A DNA stretch of 64,000 nucleotides from Alphaproteobacteria bacterium GM202ARS2 (GTDB lineage Bacteria > Pseudomonadota > Alphaproteobacteria > GM7ARS4), in assembly GCA_014323835.1 (NCBI GenBank), contig JACONH010000004.1, positions 12,500 through 76,499 of the forward strand. The letters are read 5' to 3'. Positions 18,505 to 28,385 of the stretch are shown piece by piece. Below the pieces are notes generated by a model. That model had not been told where the DNA came from, made no database searches, and was given only the letters and a program-made list of their open reading frames with translations. Numbering within the stretch: the stretch's first letter is position 1; the number at the start of each line of letters is the position of its first letter. A program made the position numbers and the translations under genes.

Positions 18505-19278
18505 TTATGTTAAGTGTTTTCCGACCCGTGCGAGTGCCGCGATATCGACGTGGCGGACACCGATGTGCTGTAAGGCGAGGGTGCAGGCTTCGGCGGTTGC
18601 GCCTGAGGTGATAAGGTCATCGATGAGGAGGACGCTTTTTCCTTTTAGGGTGTTTTGGTATTTTTTTGTTATGGCGAAGGCATCTTTGACGTTGCGTTGT
18701 CTGAGGGCGTAGGCTTGTTGTGTGTTGTATTTTTTGTCGTGGGTGATTGAGACGAATTGGGGTTTTGTTCGGCGTGTGCGGATGAGGGCGTGATTGAGAG
18801 TGGGTAAGCCTGTTCTTTTGGCGAGGGCACGTGCCAGTTCGGCAGCTTGGTTGTAGCCGCGGGCGATGCGTCTCGTCCAGTGGAGCGGCACAGGCACGAT
18901 GATGTCACATTCTTTGAGGGATTCTTGTGCGGCTTGGGCGATAAGGCGGGCATAGTAGGCGGATGCGTCCAAGCGACGGCCATGCTTATACTGTAAGATG
19001 AGTTGTCTGCCGATGCCGCGATAGAAAAAGACGGCTCGTGCCCGCCGCCAGGGCGGTGCTTTCTTTTGGCAGGACAAGCACGTCTGCCCTTTGAGACTTG
19101 CCATTTCGAAGGAACGTCCACAGCGGGCACAGGGCCACGTGATTGTGTCCAGTTGCGTCCAACAGTTGGCACATAAGCCGCACTCGGCAACGAGTTCGCC
19201 ACAGCCGTAGCAACGGCGCGGCAAAAGCACATCCCATAATCTCGTAAGAGGCTTGTTTATCCGTAAAAAATGGTGCAT
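18505..19278 (-). CDS. comF: ComF family protein (double zinc ribbon plus PRTase)
   Basis: CxxC pairs, PVPLH, RGYNQA and LIDDLITSGAT motifs. Confidence 0.9.
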   Translation of the reverse strand: MHHFLRINKPLTRLWDVLLPRRCYGCGELVAECGLCANCWTQLDTITWPCARCGRSFEMASLKGQTCLSCQKKAPPWRRARAVFFYRGIGRQLILQYKHGRRLDASAYYARLIAQAAQESLKECDIIVPVPLHWTRRIARGYNQAAELARALAKRTGLPTLNHALIRTRRTKPQFVSITHDKKYNTQQAYALRQRNVKDAFAITKKYQNTLKGKSVLLIDDLITSGATAEACTLALQHIGVRHVDIAALARVGKHLT

Positions 19279-19289
19279 GCTTGCCAACG

Positions 19290-20108
19290 ATGAACGTAGC
19301 TCCTTTTGATGCCTCAGCGCGCCGACGCTTTCGTGAACGCAGCTGTGCTTCATGGCAGGATAACGCACAGATGGTTACACAGGCGGGCGCGTTGCTCTGT
19401 GAACGTTTAGCCGATTTCAAACGTTCTTTCGACACAATCCTCGTTGTGGACTCCCGCGCTGGTGCTTTGGCGCGTCGCCTTGCGGTTAACCACCAAGTGC
19501 AACGTATCGTTATGCTCGATGAGTCGTGGGGTTTTTCTCGCCTCAGTTGTGTGCGGTTACGTCATGCGCCCTTGGCAACACAGATGGACAGTGTCGTTGC
19601 CAACGCCGAGTTACTGCCTATCCGTGCCTCTTTTTTCGATGCGGTCATTGTCGGCTTTGGCTTGCATCTGTTGAATGATCTACCGGGCGCGCTGGTGCAG
19701 CTGCGTAAGACTCTGGTGCCCGGTGGCTTGTTTCTTGCCAATATGCCCAGTCGTCCGAGCTTGACCACTCTTGCTTCAGCCCTTATGCAAGCGGAACTTG
19801 ACTTACGTGGGGGTGCCTCGCCGCGTATGGCACCCCTGACAGACGGACAAACCTTCGCGGGCTTGCTGTTGCGAGCAGGATTCCACCACCCTGTCGTTGA
19901 CGAAGACTCCTACAGCAAACATATACCCGATATTCGAGAGGCAATGGCTCTGTTGCGCCATATAGGTGAAAGCAACTGTCTGGTGGAACGCACCAAGACG
20001 TTTACGCCCTCGGCGCTCTTTCGCCAGGCACAACAACGGTGGCAGGAACAAGGCGCGCAGCTCGATGTAACCTTGATGACGGCAACCGCGCATGCTCCTA
20101 CAGAATAG
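19290..20108 (+). CDS. SAM-dependent methyltransferase (BioC/NDUFAF5-like)
   Basis: LHLLNDLPGAL, AELDLRGGASPR and LLRAGF..PVVD motifs; divergent from comF. Confidence 0.82.
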   Translation: MNVAPFDASARRRFRERSCASWQDNAQMVTQAGALLCERLADFKRSFDTILVVDSRAGALARRLAVNHQVQRIVMLDESWGFSRLSCVRLRHAPLATQMDSVVANAELLPIRASFFDAVIVGFGLHLLNDLPGALVQLRKTLVPGGLFLANMPSRPSLTTLASALMQAELDLRGGASPRMAPLTDGQTFAGLLLRAGFHHPVVDEDSYSKHIPDIREAMALLRHIGESNCLVERTKTFTPSALFRQAQQRWQEQGAQLDVTLMTATAHAPTE

Positions 20109-20117
20109 AGGTGTTTG

Positions 20118-20756
20118 ATGCTTACGGAATGGACATACTGTGATACAGCGGATTGGCTTGGCGGTGCTGCCCAGTCGTGGAATGTCCTGTCCAACGCAGG
20201 CTTTTTCTTGTTGGCAGCACTCGTCTGGCGACAGCCCTCGGCACGCTCGAATCGTTTCGGGCTTGTCGCTATCGGCATCGCCAGTAGCCTATGGCATGCA
20301 ACGGCAGCATCGTGGGCGTTGCTCATCGATATCAGTGCAATCCTTACGTGGACAGCTCTTTTTATTTATGATGTGAGACGCTTTTATACGTTCTCGTTAC
20401 CTTTGGCTTATGGGGCGTGGCTTGTTTTCATCGCTGTGTCTGCTATATCAGGTTTTCTGCTGGTGGACGTCTTGCCGTTACTATCGGGTGCGTTTGTGCC
20501 TTATGTTCTGTTGCTCGTTTTGGCACCGTATCTCTTGCCTCTATCCGTGCACGAGCGGGCGTCTTGTTGGCTCGGCTCTGTTGCTTTAAGTATCGGTATC
20601 ATTGCCCGAGAAGTCGATAGCACGCTGTGTGCCTTTGTTCCTATCGGCACCCACATCCTGTGGCATCTCTCGGCTGCTGTGGTTACAGCCGTGCCGATAG
20701 TGGTGCTGTATCGGCGCGCTCAAGGGCGGTTGCGCCCCGCCCACGTCATTGTGTAA
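20118..20756 (+). CDS. Ceramidase-like (CREST superfamily) membrane hydrolase
   Basis: NVLSN, SSLWHA, conserved D and GTHILWH motifs; about 7 TM helices. Confidence 0.75.
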   Translation: MLTEWTYCDTADWLGGAAQSWNVLSNAGFFLLAALVWRQPSARSNRFGLVAIGIASSLWHATAASWALLIDISAILTWTALFIYDVRRFYTFSLPLAYGAWLVFIAVSAISGFLLVDVLPLLSGAFVPYVLLLVLAPYLLPLSVHERASCWLGSVALSIGIIAREVDSTLCAFVPIGTHILWHLSAAVVTAVPIVVLYRRAQGRLRPAHVIV

Positions 20757-23068
20757 ATCGCTTGCTTGCGGATGGGCGCAATAGCGAGGGGCACTTGAAT
20801 GACCTTACCTTGTGCCCACAGGGGCAGTTGATCCATGAAGTTAGCCGAGTTCAACACGCCGTCCTGTCCGCCAAAAAGCACAAAGTAGTTGGCGTTGATG
20901 TCACTTAAGTCGGATAGGTGGCGAGACTGCGAGCCGAAGGAACTGGCGTGCTCGTCTATGGTCAGAGGGCTGCCCGAGGATTTGAAGATGGTTTCGACTC
21001 CGCCGCTGATGGGCTCATCGTCCCAACGATAGCGCGCACCCAAAAGGGGAATACGCTGCAGGATATGACCGACAGCGACCCGATGAATATCGCCCCAGCG
21101 TTTATCATCGCTCAGATAGGGAAAACTCTGTTCGAGAGCACCCAGCATGATGTCTTGAATTTTTTTGCGGTCTCTTTTGTATTGGCTACGGATATCGAGA
21201 CTCATCTGCTCGGCAAGAAAAGTGGTGCGCCACCAAAACAGCTCTTCGTCTTTTCTGCCGATGGCATCATAAAAGGCATCGGCAAAGGCTATCAGCCACG
21301 CCTGATAAACGTAGGCTTCCTTAGAGTCGATACGATAAAAGCCGTCCCACGCCTTAAGAGCACGGACAACGGCACGAGCGGACACACTTAAACGTTGGGT
21401 GTCCACAAGAGTCAACGCTAGATCACGCAAACGGCGGTTACTGGCACTGTAGCTATCGGATTGCACCTCGAGCAAGTCCAAAAGATTCCACGTCTTTTTT
21501 TCGGCAAGCAGCTGATACAAACGGCGGATTCGGTCGTTTTGCGGAAAATTCCAACCGAGACGAGTCGGCGGTTTATCCGTCGGACGGTTATTGCTAGAAG
21601 CAATGACTCCATGCTCAGGGTCGATGATATAGGGCAGGTCATCGCTGTTTAAGATTGTGGACCACGACGCATCGCTGGTTGAGGGGTCGACCCATAAATC
21701 TTTGGGGTAGCTGGTCTTTCTTTTGGGGAACCATGCGACAACGAGTTGCCCGATGGTGCCGCTTTTGTCGGCAAAAATGAGGTTTTGTCCGGGCACAGCA
21801 TAGCGTTTTAAGCCCTCGCGCAGTTCCTGCCACGTGGTTGCGCTCATGACACCGAGCATCGCACTGACTTCATCGCTTTCAAGGTGCCCCATCCAGCGTA
21901 TCGCGAAGGCTTTGTCATCGGGGAAGGGCAAAACACCGACATCCGACAGAACAGGCCCATAAGGACTCAGGCGGTTGGTGGCATCGCTGTCCCACAAGAA
22001 TCGCCGCTCAATGACGTGGGCTTGCTCTGTCATCGGCACGTCAACGCTCACGTCTACGAGGTCACTCGACCACTGGCGCATGTTTGTTCCGCCCCACGCG
22101 ATGTCTTTGTTGCGTCCGAGCGCCATAATCGGCACACCAACGGGCATCATGCCGACAAGATGATAGCTGGGCGAGCGCAAGCCAGCAATCAGCCACAAGT
22201 TAGGCAACGTAAAACCAAGATGAGGGTCGTTGGCTATCAGCGCACCGCCGCTGGCAGAACGCTCCGCCGAGAGCGCGAAGGAGTTGCTTCCCGCCCGCAT
22301 AAAAGGCTCGAGAAGAGACGCAAGAGTCGCCGTTATATCCGTCTTGTTGGCATGCTTGACGGGTTGCGAGGCAGGCGGGTCACTAGAACCCACTTTGAAG
22401 GAGGGTTCCCCTTGCTGTTGATGGGCGCGGTAACGCTGCCAGAGGGCTGGCCACGTTTCTTTGCTACGTTGCTCGAGTAACGAGAACAAGGAAAACCAGT
22501 TAACATCAGCTGAGCCCAGTCGTCCCAAGAGCAGGCTGTCTTCTATTGTCCACGGCTCATCGTTGTCTATGGCTGCCACCACCATGACGTGCGGGGGACG
22601 GGCAAGGTTGCGCTTATAGTGATTGACTCCGTCTGTATAGGCTTGTAGCCACTGGCGTGTGGCGGCGGGCAGGTCAGCAACAATTGCAGGCGTCGCTTTG
22701 CCGATGTCGAGGGCACGCAGCGCGCGATCGATGTCTTCGCCGAAGGGCCCAATCATCTCCGAGATACGCCCCTGCGCAACACGCTTGCCCAACTCCATCT
22801 GGGACAGACGCAAATGCGCATGCACAATCCCCAAAGCAAGAGCAGCATCTCTGTCCGTGTCCGCATCAATAAAGGGAATTTGCCACTTGTCCCAATAAAT
22901 CGTAACAGCACCATCAAAAGGCGGACGAGCCATGCCTTGCAAACTGGCAAGGCGTTCTCGTGTGCTCGTTGCCTCAGGCGGAAACGAAAAGAGTAACGCA
23001 CACCCCGTCGTCAGACTGGCTGTCGCCAGCACCATGCCGAGCAGAAGCACTCTACGCAACGTATCCAT
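20720..23068 (-). CDS. Penicillin acylase family Ntn-hydrolase, probable lipoprotein
   Basis: GSNSFALS (N-terminal Ser nucleophile), ANDPHL and QNLIFAD motifs; lipobox-like LTTGC. Confidence 0.9.
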   Translation of the reverse strand: MDTLRRVLLLGMVLATASLTTGCALLFSFPPEATSTRERLASLQGMARPPFDGAVTIYWDKWQIPFIDADTDRDAALALGIVHAHLRLSQMELGKRVAQGRISEMIGPFGEDIDRALRALDIGKATPAIVADLPAATRQWLQAYTDGVNHYKRNLARPPHVMVVAAIDNDEPWTIEDSLLLGRLGSADVNWFSLFSLLEQRSKETWPALWQRYRAHQQQGEPSFKVGSSDPPASQPVKHANKTDITATLASLLEPFMRAGSNSFALSAERSASGGALIANDPHLGFTLPNLWLIAGLRSPSYHLVGMMPVGVPIMALGRNKDIAWGGTNMRQWSSDLVDVSVDVPMTEQAHVIERRFLWDSDATNRLSPYGPVLSDVGVLPFPDDKAFAIRWMGHLESDEVSAMLGVMSATTWQELREGLKRYAVPGQNLIFADKSGTIGQLVVAWFPKRKTSYPKDLWVDPSTSDASWSTILNSDDLPYIIDPEHGVIASSNNRPTDKPPTRLGWNFPQNDRIRRLYQLLAEKKTWNLLDLLEVQSDSYSASNRRLRDLALTLVDTQRLSVSARAVVRALKAWDGFYRIDSKEAYVYQAWLIAFADAFYDAIGRKDEELFWWRTTFLAEQMSLDIRSQYKRDRKKIQDIMLGALEQSFPYLSDDKRWGDIHRVAVGHILQRIPLLGARYRWDDEPISGGVETIFKSSGSPLTIDEHASSFGSQSRHLSDLSDINANYFVLFGGQDGVLNSANFMDQLPLWAQGKVIQVPLAIAPIRKQAIYTMTWAGRNRP

Positions 23069-23099
23069 AAGGGGCCTCTCGTTACCAAGGTTTCGGGTC

Positions 23100-24503
23100 T
23101 TAGCGCAAAAACGCCGCTCGCAGGGCGCGCATCGCCCAGTCGCGATGCTTAAGGATAATCGGGTTCTTAGGCCACCATGGTGGGGCATACAGCACAGTCT
23201 TGGCTTTCGAGAAGGTCAAAAAGCCTTCGTAGCCATGATAATGCCCCATGCCCGAATCGCCAATGCCACCAAAAGGCGCATCATCCGCCGCAACATGCAT
23301 CACCGTGTCGTTAATGCTCACGCCACCGCTATGGGTGTTCGTAAGAACGTTATCAATCAAGCCCTTATCCGACGACATGATATACAACGCCAAAGGACGA
23401 GGACGCCCACGAATGTAGTCTACAACCTCATCAATATGCTCGTAGGTTTTAATCGGCAGAATCGAGCCAAAAATCTCTTCCTGCATGATTGCCATATCTT
23501 CAGTGACATCGGTCACCAGATACGGATACATAAGCCGTCCCCCACCGTTCGCATCGTCTTTCACGGGGTGAATCGTTGCCCCTTTCGCTTTGGCATCCTG
23601 TAAAAATCCTTGCAGGCGAGCCAACTGCTTGTCGGTGACAATATGGCTCTGCCTATTGCGGTTCTTATCCGAGACAAAAAACTGAGCGTAACGTGTCTTG
23701 AAGGTGTCAACAAACTCCTGTTGCCGTTTTTCAGGGACAAAGACGTAGTCGGGTGACACGCAAATCTGCCCTGAGTTGACGGCTTTGCCGACAATGATGG
23801 CATCCACCGCCGTTGTCATGGTGATACGGTCATCAATAATCGTTGGGGACTTGCCGCCCATCTCCAGCGTTATGGGCGTGAGGTTATCTGCTGCGGTTTT
23901 TGCTACCAACTTGCCGACTGTTGTTGAGCCTGTGAAGATGAGATGGTCGAAGGGCAACGAAGAAAACGCCGCACCCATGTCAGCTTCGCCTTCGACAATG
24001 ACGATATGGTCTGCTAGCGGTTCAACGACTTTGCGTAGGGCTTGGTTGGTGTGCGGGGTGAATTCGCTCATTTTAATCATGACGCGATTGCCCGCAGCTA
24101 AGGCTTGCACGGCAGGACCCAGAGCCAAAAAGAACGGGAAGTTCCAAGGCGTAATCACGCCCACAACCCCTAAGGGTTGGTAATGCACCCGCACCCGTGA
24201 GGGCATCAACATCAGCCCAGCATGACGCTTGGACGGCTTCATCCACGTCTTCAGGTTCTTCAGCGCGTAGTTGATACTTGTGACACTGGGCAGAACATCG
24301 GCAATCATCGAGTCGAATTGACTGCGATAGCCATAATCCTTGTTCATGGCAGCATAGATTGCCTGTTCGTTTTGAATCAGGGCTTTTTTCAGCGTGGTCA
24401 AGACCGCCTTGCGCGCTTGATAGCTGGGGGATGGGGTAGCATGATACGCCGCTTGCATCCGCGCAAAATCAGCCTGTAAATCAGCAAAAGCAACGCTATT
24501 CAT
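23100..24503 (-). CDS. Coniferyl-aldehyde/fatty-aldehyde dehydrogenase (ALDH3-like)
   Basis: PWNFP, FTGST, LEMGGKSP, GQICVSPDY, EEIFG and PFGGIG motifs. Confidence 0.92.
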   Translation of the reverse strand: MNSVAFADLQADFARMQAAYHATPSPSYQARKAVLTTLKKALIQNEQAIYAAMNKDYGYRSQFDSMIADVLPSVTSINYALKNLKTWMKPSKRHAGLMLMPSRVRVHYQPLGVVGVITPWNFPFFLALGPAVQALAAGNRVMIKMSEFTPHTNQALRKVVEPLADHIVIVEGEADMGAAFSSLPFDHLIFTGSTTVGKLVAKTAADNLTPITLEMGGKSPTIIDDRITMTTAVDAIIVGKAVNSGQICVSPDYVFVPEKRQQEFVDTFKTRYAQFFVSDKNRNRQSHIVTDKQLARLQGFLQDAKAKGATIHPVKDDANGGGRLMYPYLVTDVTEDMAIMQEEIFGSILPIKTYEHIDEVVDYIRGRPRPLALYIMSSDKGLIDNVLTNTHSGGVSINDTVMHVAADDAPFGGIGDSGMGHYHGYEGFLTFSKAKTVLYAPPWWPKNPIILKHRDWAMRALRAAFLR

Positions 24504-24534
24504 GGCTGGACTCTTTCCTCACAAGAAACAATCA

Positions 24535-24609
24535 TGGCTGGGGCGGCAGGATTCGAACCTGCGCATGGCGGGATCAAAACCCGCTGCCTTACCGCTTGGC
24601 TACGCCCCA
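24535..24609 (-). tRNA. tRNA-Gln (anticodon TTG), CCA encoded
   Basis: Reverse complement TGGGGCGTAGCCAAGCGGTAAGGCAGCGGGTTTTGATCCCGCCATGCGCAGGTTCGAATCCTGCCGCCCCAGCCA folds as a cloverleaf. Confidence 0.97.
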
Positions 24610-24654
24610 CGAAGGCACACATGACCCCTCCCACCTGAAAACAGAGACGACACC

Positions 24655-25257
24655 CTAGCCGAGATTTTGCGCCGCAACCATGGCATACAGCATCGGTATC
24701 GATAGAGCCGTATTAATCCGTGAAAACAACATGGCTGTCGCCGCCGATGCCTTCTTCTCTTTGTCACCAACTTTGACAATACCCAGAGCACGCTTCTGAT
24801 TGGGCCAGATAACCAGCCAAACATTCAGAAACATGATGATACCAAGCCACATACCGATACCTAAAGCAATATACTTATCGATAACGAAATCATCATCCAT
24901 TTCTAGGGTCAACGTATCGATGAGGTAGCCGTTCAACATCGCCACAATCAAGCCTGTCAGCACTGTTGAGGCTGCCGCCCAACGGAACCAGAAGAGGGCT
25001 TGCGGCGCAATAACACCCGTAATCGCTGGCTTTTGCGCATCAGGGATACGAGCCATGTTCGGTATCTGCACAAAGTTAAAATACCACAACAAGCCAATCC
25101 ACATCACGCCCGACACAACATGCAACCAGCGAAACAAAAAGCGAAAATAGTCGATATCCATCGCTGGGGCTTGCACCATGTGGAGCATGAGCAAGAGAAT
25201 AACGCCGACAATCAGCGTGTTTCTCAAGGAAGAAAAAAATTGAATAACTTGTGCCAT
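24655..25257 (-). CDS. Urate hydroxylase PuuD-like membrane protein (no cytochrome c domain)
   Basis: RWLHVVSGVMWIGLLWYFN, WFRWAA, NVWLVIWPNQK and SRIN motifs. Confidence 0.8.
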   Translation of the reverse strand: MAQVIQFFSSLRNTLIVGVILLLMLHMVQAPAMDIDYFRFLFRWLHVVSGVMWIGLLWYFNFVQIPNMARIPDAQKPAITGVIAPQALFWFRWAAASTVLTGLIVAMLNGYLIDTLTLEMDDDFVIDKYIALGIGMWLGIIMFLNVWLVIWPNQKRALGIVKVGDKEKKASAATAMLFSRINTALSIPMLYAMVAAQNLG

Positions 25258-25349
25258 AACTCGATACCTCTTCTTTTGTGTTGGTTGCTTGCTTGTTGGA
25301 GCCTCACACGCTCCGGTTATGCCCTTTCCTTGTTCCTCTCCTTATCTGC

Positions 25350-25796
25350 TTACTCCGTCACCCGTATCCGTATGATGTGCGAGTGCATCGATTCGATAGG
25401 GTAATGATTGGCATCGCCCAATACCAATCTTAAAGCATAAAAGCCCGGTTGTAAATTCATGGTTGTTTCGGTCTGTCCACCGCCAAAGTGACGATGATTG
25501 TCGTCATAAGCAATCGGCTCGTCCGCTGGCGGCAACGGCACATCAGCGTTGCGTCCCCGCTGTATCAAAAGGTGGTGGTGGCCTGTCTTCGGGTGGTCGA
25601 CACCAGCAGGAGCGATGCCCCATTCACGCAAGCCAAAACGCACAACAAAAGGACTGCTCACCGTTGCCCCATCCTCAGGGCTGATAACATACACCCGTCC
25701 CTCGGCGGCAGACGCATAAAACGGCATCAATGTCACAGTAAGCACAACGGGCAGCACAACAAGCACGAGTCGTCTGGCTAAAAGAAACAGGGTCAT
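25350..25796 (-). CDS. DUF4399-type exported protein
   Basis: Signal peptide; SPEDGATV, TGHHHLLI, HFGGGQTE and GDANH motifs. Confidence 0.8.
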   Translation of the reverse strand: MTLFLLARRLVLVVLPVVLTVTLMPFYASAAEGRVYVISPEDGATVSSPFVVRFGLREWGIAPAGVDHPKTGHHHLLIQRGRNADVPLPPADEPIAYDDNHRHFGGGQTETTMNLQPGFYALRLVLGDANHYPIESMHSHIIRIRVTE

Positions 25797-25902
25797 CTTT
25801 TCCGTTCACCTATGCTGGTTTGTTGTGTTAGGTTGCCCCTTTGTGAGTCAATTAAGCTACGTTGCTTTCTCTTGCAATAACAATTGCTCTGTTGTTTGTT
25901 TG

Positions 25903-26877
25903 ATGTCGTCCTCTTCTTCTACGCCGCTTGTGATTGTGGGCTCTGGCCCTGCGGGGTGCACCGCGGCGATTTACGCAGCAAGAGCAGCCCTGAAGCCTAT
26001 CATGGTAACCGGCATGGCACCGGGCGGGCAGCTGACCATAACCACCGATGTCGAGAACTATCCCGGTTTCGTGGACAGCGTGCAGGGGCCTGAGCTCATG
26101 GAGGTCATGCAGAAACAAGCTGAACGTATGGGCACGCAGATTGTCAACGAGACCATCACGTCTATTGATGTGGACAGCAAACCCTTTCGTCTGCACAGCG
26201 AGTCGGGGCACACGTTTGAGGCACAGACAGTCATTTTTGCCACAGGTGCCAGCGCGCGCTGGCTGGGACTCAAAAGCGAAGAGCAATTTCAGGGCTATGG
26301 TGTCTCGGCTTGTGCCACCTGCGATGGATTCTTCTTCCGAGACAAAGACGTAGCCGTGGTAGGTGGCGGCAACACCGCCGTCGAAGAAGCCCTGTATTTG
26401 ACTCATCATGCTCGTAAGGTGACGCTGATTCACCGTCGCGATCGTTTGCGGGCTGAGCATATTCTCCAGCAACGTCTTTTTGCCCATGAAAAAATAGACG
26501 TGTTATGGAATCACACAGTCGAGGATGTCTTGGGTATCGATGAGCCTCGTTCTGTCAATGGGGTGCGGGTGCGGGCTGTCAACGGCACAGAAGAAAAGAC
26601 GTTGTCGGTAGAAGGCGTGTTCATTGCCATTGGTCATGACCCAGCGACAGCCTTGTTACGAGGCAAAGTCGATATGGACGAACAAGGCTATCTGCTTGTT
26701 CGCCCGGGAACGGCTACTACCAACGTCCCCGGTTTGTTTGCGGCGGGTGACGTGTGCGACAAAGTCTATCGCCAAGCGGTTACCGCTGCGGGTATGGGGT
26801 GCATGGCAGCCCTAGAAGCCGAAGCCTATCTTGCCGCGCAGAATGTTACGCCCGCGGGAGCGTCAACATCGTCGTAA
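25903..26877 (+). CDS. trxB: Thioredoxin reductase
   Basis: GSGPAG, CATCDG, GGGNTAVEEA and QAVTAAG motifs. Confidence 0.97.
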   Translation: MSSSSSTPLVIVGSGPAGCTAAIYAARAALKPIMVTGMAPGGQLTITTDVENYPGFVDSVQGPELMEVMQKQAERMGTQIVNETITSIDVDSKPFRLHSESGHTFEAQTVIFATGASARWLGLKSEEQFQGYGVSACATCDGFFFRDKDVAVVGGGNTAVEEALYLTHHARKVTLIHRRDRLRAEHILQQRLFAHEKIDVLWNHTVEDVLGIDEPRSVNGVRVRAVNGTEEKTLSVEGVFIAIGHDPATALLRGKVDMDEQGYLLVRPGTATTNVPGLFAAGDVCDKVYRQAVTAAGMGCMAALEAEAYLAAQNVTPAGASTSS

Positions 26878-27769
26878 TAAACGTGTGAACGGGAGTCTCG
26901 ATAGAATGAGCCTCACCCATCCGCACCACAGCTGCTGATAGCCATGGCAACTCGAGGGGCTTGTTCCTCTCGGCATCGAGACTCATGCTGGCACGGTAGC
27001 TCTCAGGCATCGAGGCAAGACGCTCTCGCCACTGCTCGCTGGGGGATTGGGGAAATGTTTTGCCCTGTGCTTTGGCGACAGACTCGGTTTCGCACATGGC
27101 TTGATAAAAAAGCGACAGACCAGAAGGGTGGGCGCGGATAACCCCTAAAGGGACTCGCAAAGCCGTGGTAAGACCACTGAAAGCGGTCAAAAAAATGAAT
27201 TTGTGCCACAAAAGACGCTCCATCGAGTCATCCTTCTCGATAGACACGGTTACGTCCGCTTTTTCGGCAATGCGGGCAAAAGCGGCTAAGGTTTCACCGC
27301 CGTTGGCGGTTTGGGTGGGCGCCGAAAAAAAGAAACGGGCAAGACGGCCATCGAGGGTGACAACCCCGGGCTCAACGATACGTGCCGATATATGAGCAGT
27401 GCCTTTGCCAACATCGTGCTCAGGCAGGTGCTGACTGAGGATAGCATGGGCTTCGACGCCATTTTGCACCGGTAAAATAAGACTGCGGGCGGTCAATATT
27501 GTCGAGAGCTGCTGTGCGACCGACTCTAGGTCGGTCATTTTGACGCAGACGAGAACCACCTCAGCGTCTAGTTTGGCGGGCATGGCTGTCAACTTAAGGC
27601 GCGGGCGGATGTCACATAAAGGGTCTTGTCTTTTGAGATGCAAGCCCTTGCGGGTCATGGCGAGCAAGTGGCTGCCTCGAGCAATCAGGGTTACGTCTTG
27701 TTCTTTTTGTGCCAGCATGGCGGCGAGATAGCCGCCGATACCGCCGCCGCCGATAATCGCTATACGCAT
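26846..27769 (-). CDS. panE: 2-dehydropantoate 2-reductase
   Basis: GGGGIG, QNGVE, WHKF and SMSLD...LE motifs. Confidence 0.88.
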   Translation of the reverse strand: MRIAIIGGGGIGGYLAAMLAQKEQDVTLIARGSHLLAMTRKGLHLKRQDPLCDIRPRLKLTAMPAKLDAEVVLVCVKMTDLESVAQQLSTILTARSLILPVQNGVEAHAILSQHLPEHDVGKGTAHISARIVEPGVVTLDGRLARFFFSAPTQTANGGETLAAFARIAEKADVTVSIEKDDSMERLLWHKFIFLTAFSGLTTALRVPLGVIRAHPSGLSLFYQAMCETESVAKAQGKTFPQSPSEQWRERLASMPESYRASMSLDAERNKPLELPWLSAAVVRMGEAHSIETPVHTFITTMLTLPRA

Positions 27770-27778
27770 GTTGGTGGG

Positions 27779-28381
27779 TTAGGCAACGCGCTTTTGGCGT
27801 TGGCTAAAAATCTTACGCAGCGCTTGGGGATAGGCAAGATGCTCTTGTTCCAGCACCCGCGCTGCCAACGTCTCAGGCGTGTCGTCCCGATGCACAGGCA
27901 CGCGTTTTTGCAAGATTATCTCGCCAGCATCCATGTCTTCGATGACTCGATGCACTGTGCACCCTGATTCGTTGTCGCCGCTCGCCAGCACTCGGGCATT
28001 CGGGTTCAATCCTTTGTGTTTCGGGAGCAGGGACGGGTGAATGTTGATGATGTCGATGCCAACGTTGCGGATAAAATCACCAGCAAGAAGGCGATCATAA
28101 CCAGCAAGACATATCATATCGATGTCTGTGCTGTGATAGTGCAGAGTCGCCATAAGGGCTTGTCCGTGACTGGTGCGGTCGGGGTAATCATCGTGTGGCA
28201 CAACAGCAGGGGTAATACCTGCTTGTTCGGCAAGGGTCAGGGCAGGGGCATCAGGGCGGTTGCTCACCACAAGGGTGATACGGGCAGGGAAGTCGGCTTG
28301 CTGGCAGTTCTCGATGAGGCTGTGCAGATTCGAGCCACGTCCCGACACAAAAACAGCAAGGGGGTGTTTGTATACGGTCAT
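27779..28381 (-). CDS. purN: Phosphoribosylglycinamide formyltransferase
   Basis: SGRGSNL, NIHPSLLP, GCTVH and DAGEII motifs. Confidence 0.95.
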   Translation of the reverse strand: MTVYKHPLAVFVSGRGSNLHSLIENCQQADFPARITLVVSNRPDAPALTLAEQAGITPAVVPHDDYPDRTSHGQALMATLHYHSTDIDMICLAGYDRLLAGDFIRNVGIDIINIHPSLLPKHKGLNPNARVLASGDNESGCTVHRVIEDMDAGEIILQKRVPVHRDDTPETLAARVLEQEHLAYPQALRKIFSQRQKRVA

Positions 28382-28385
28382 AGGT

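Noticed and set aside
20100-24535. Integrative element at tRNA-Gln
   Set aside because: No integrase and no duplicated tRNA 3' end (att) were found
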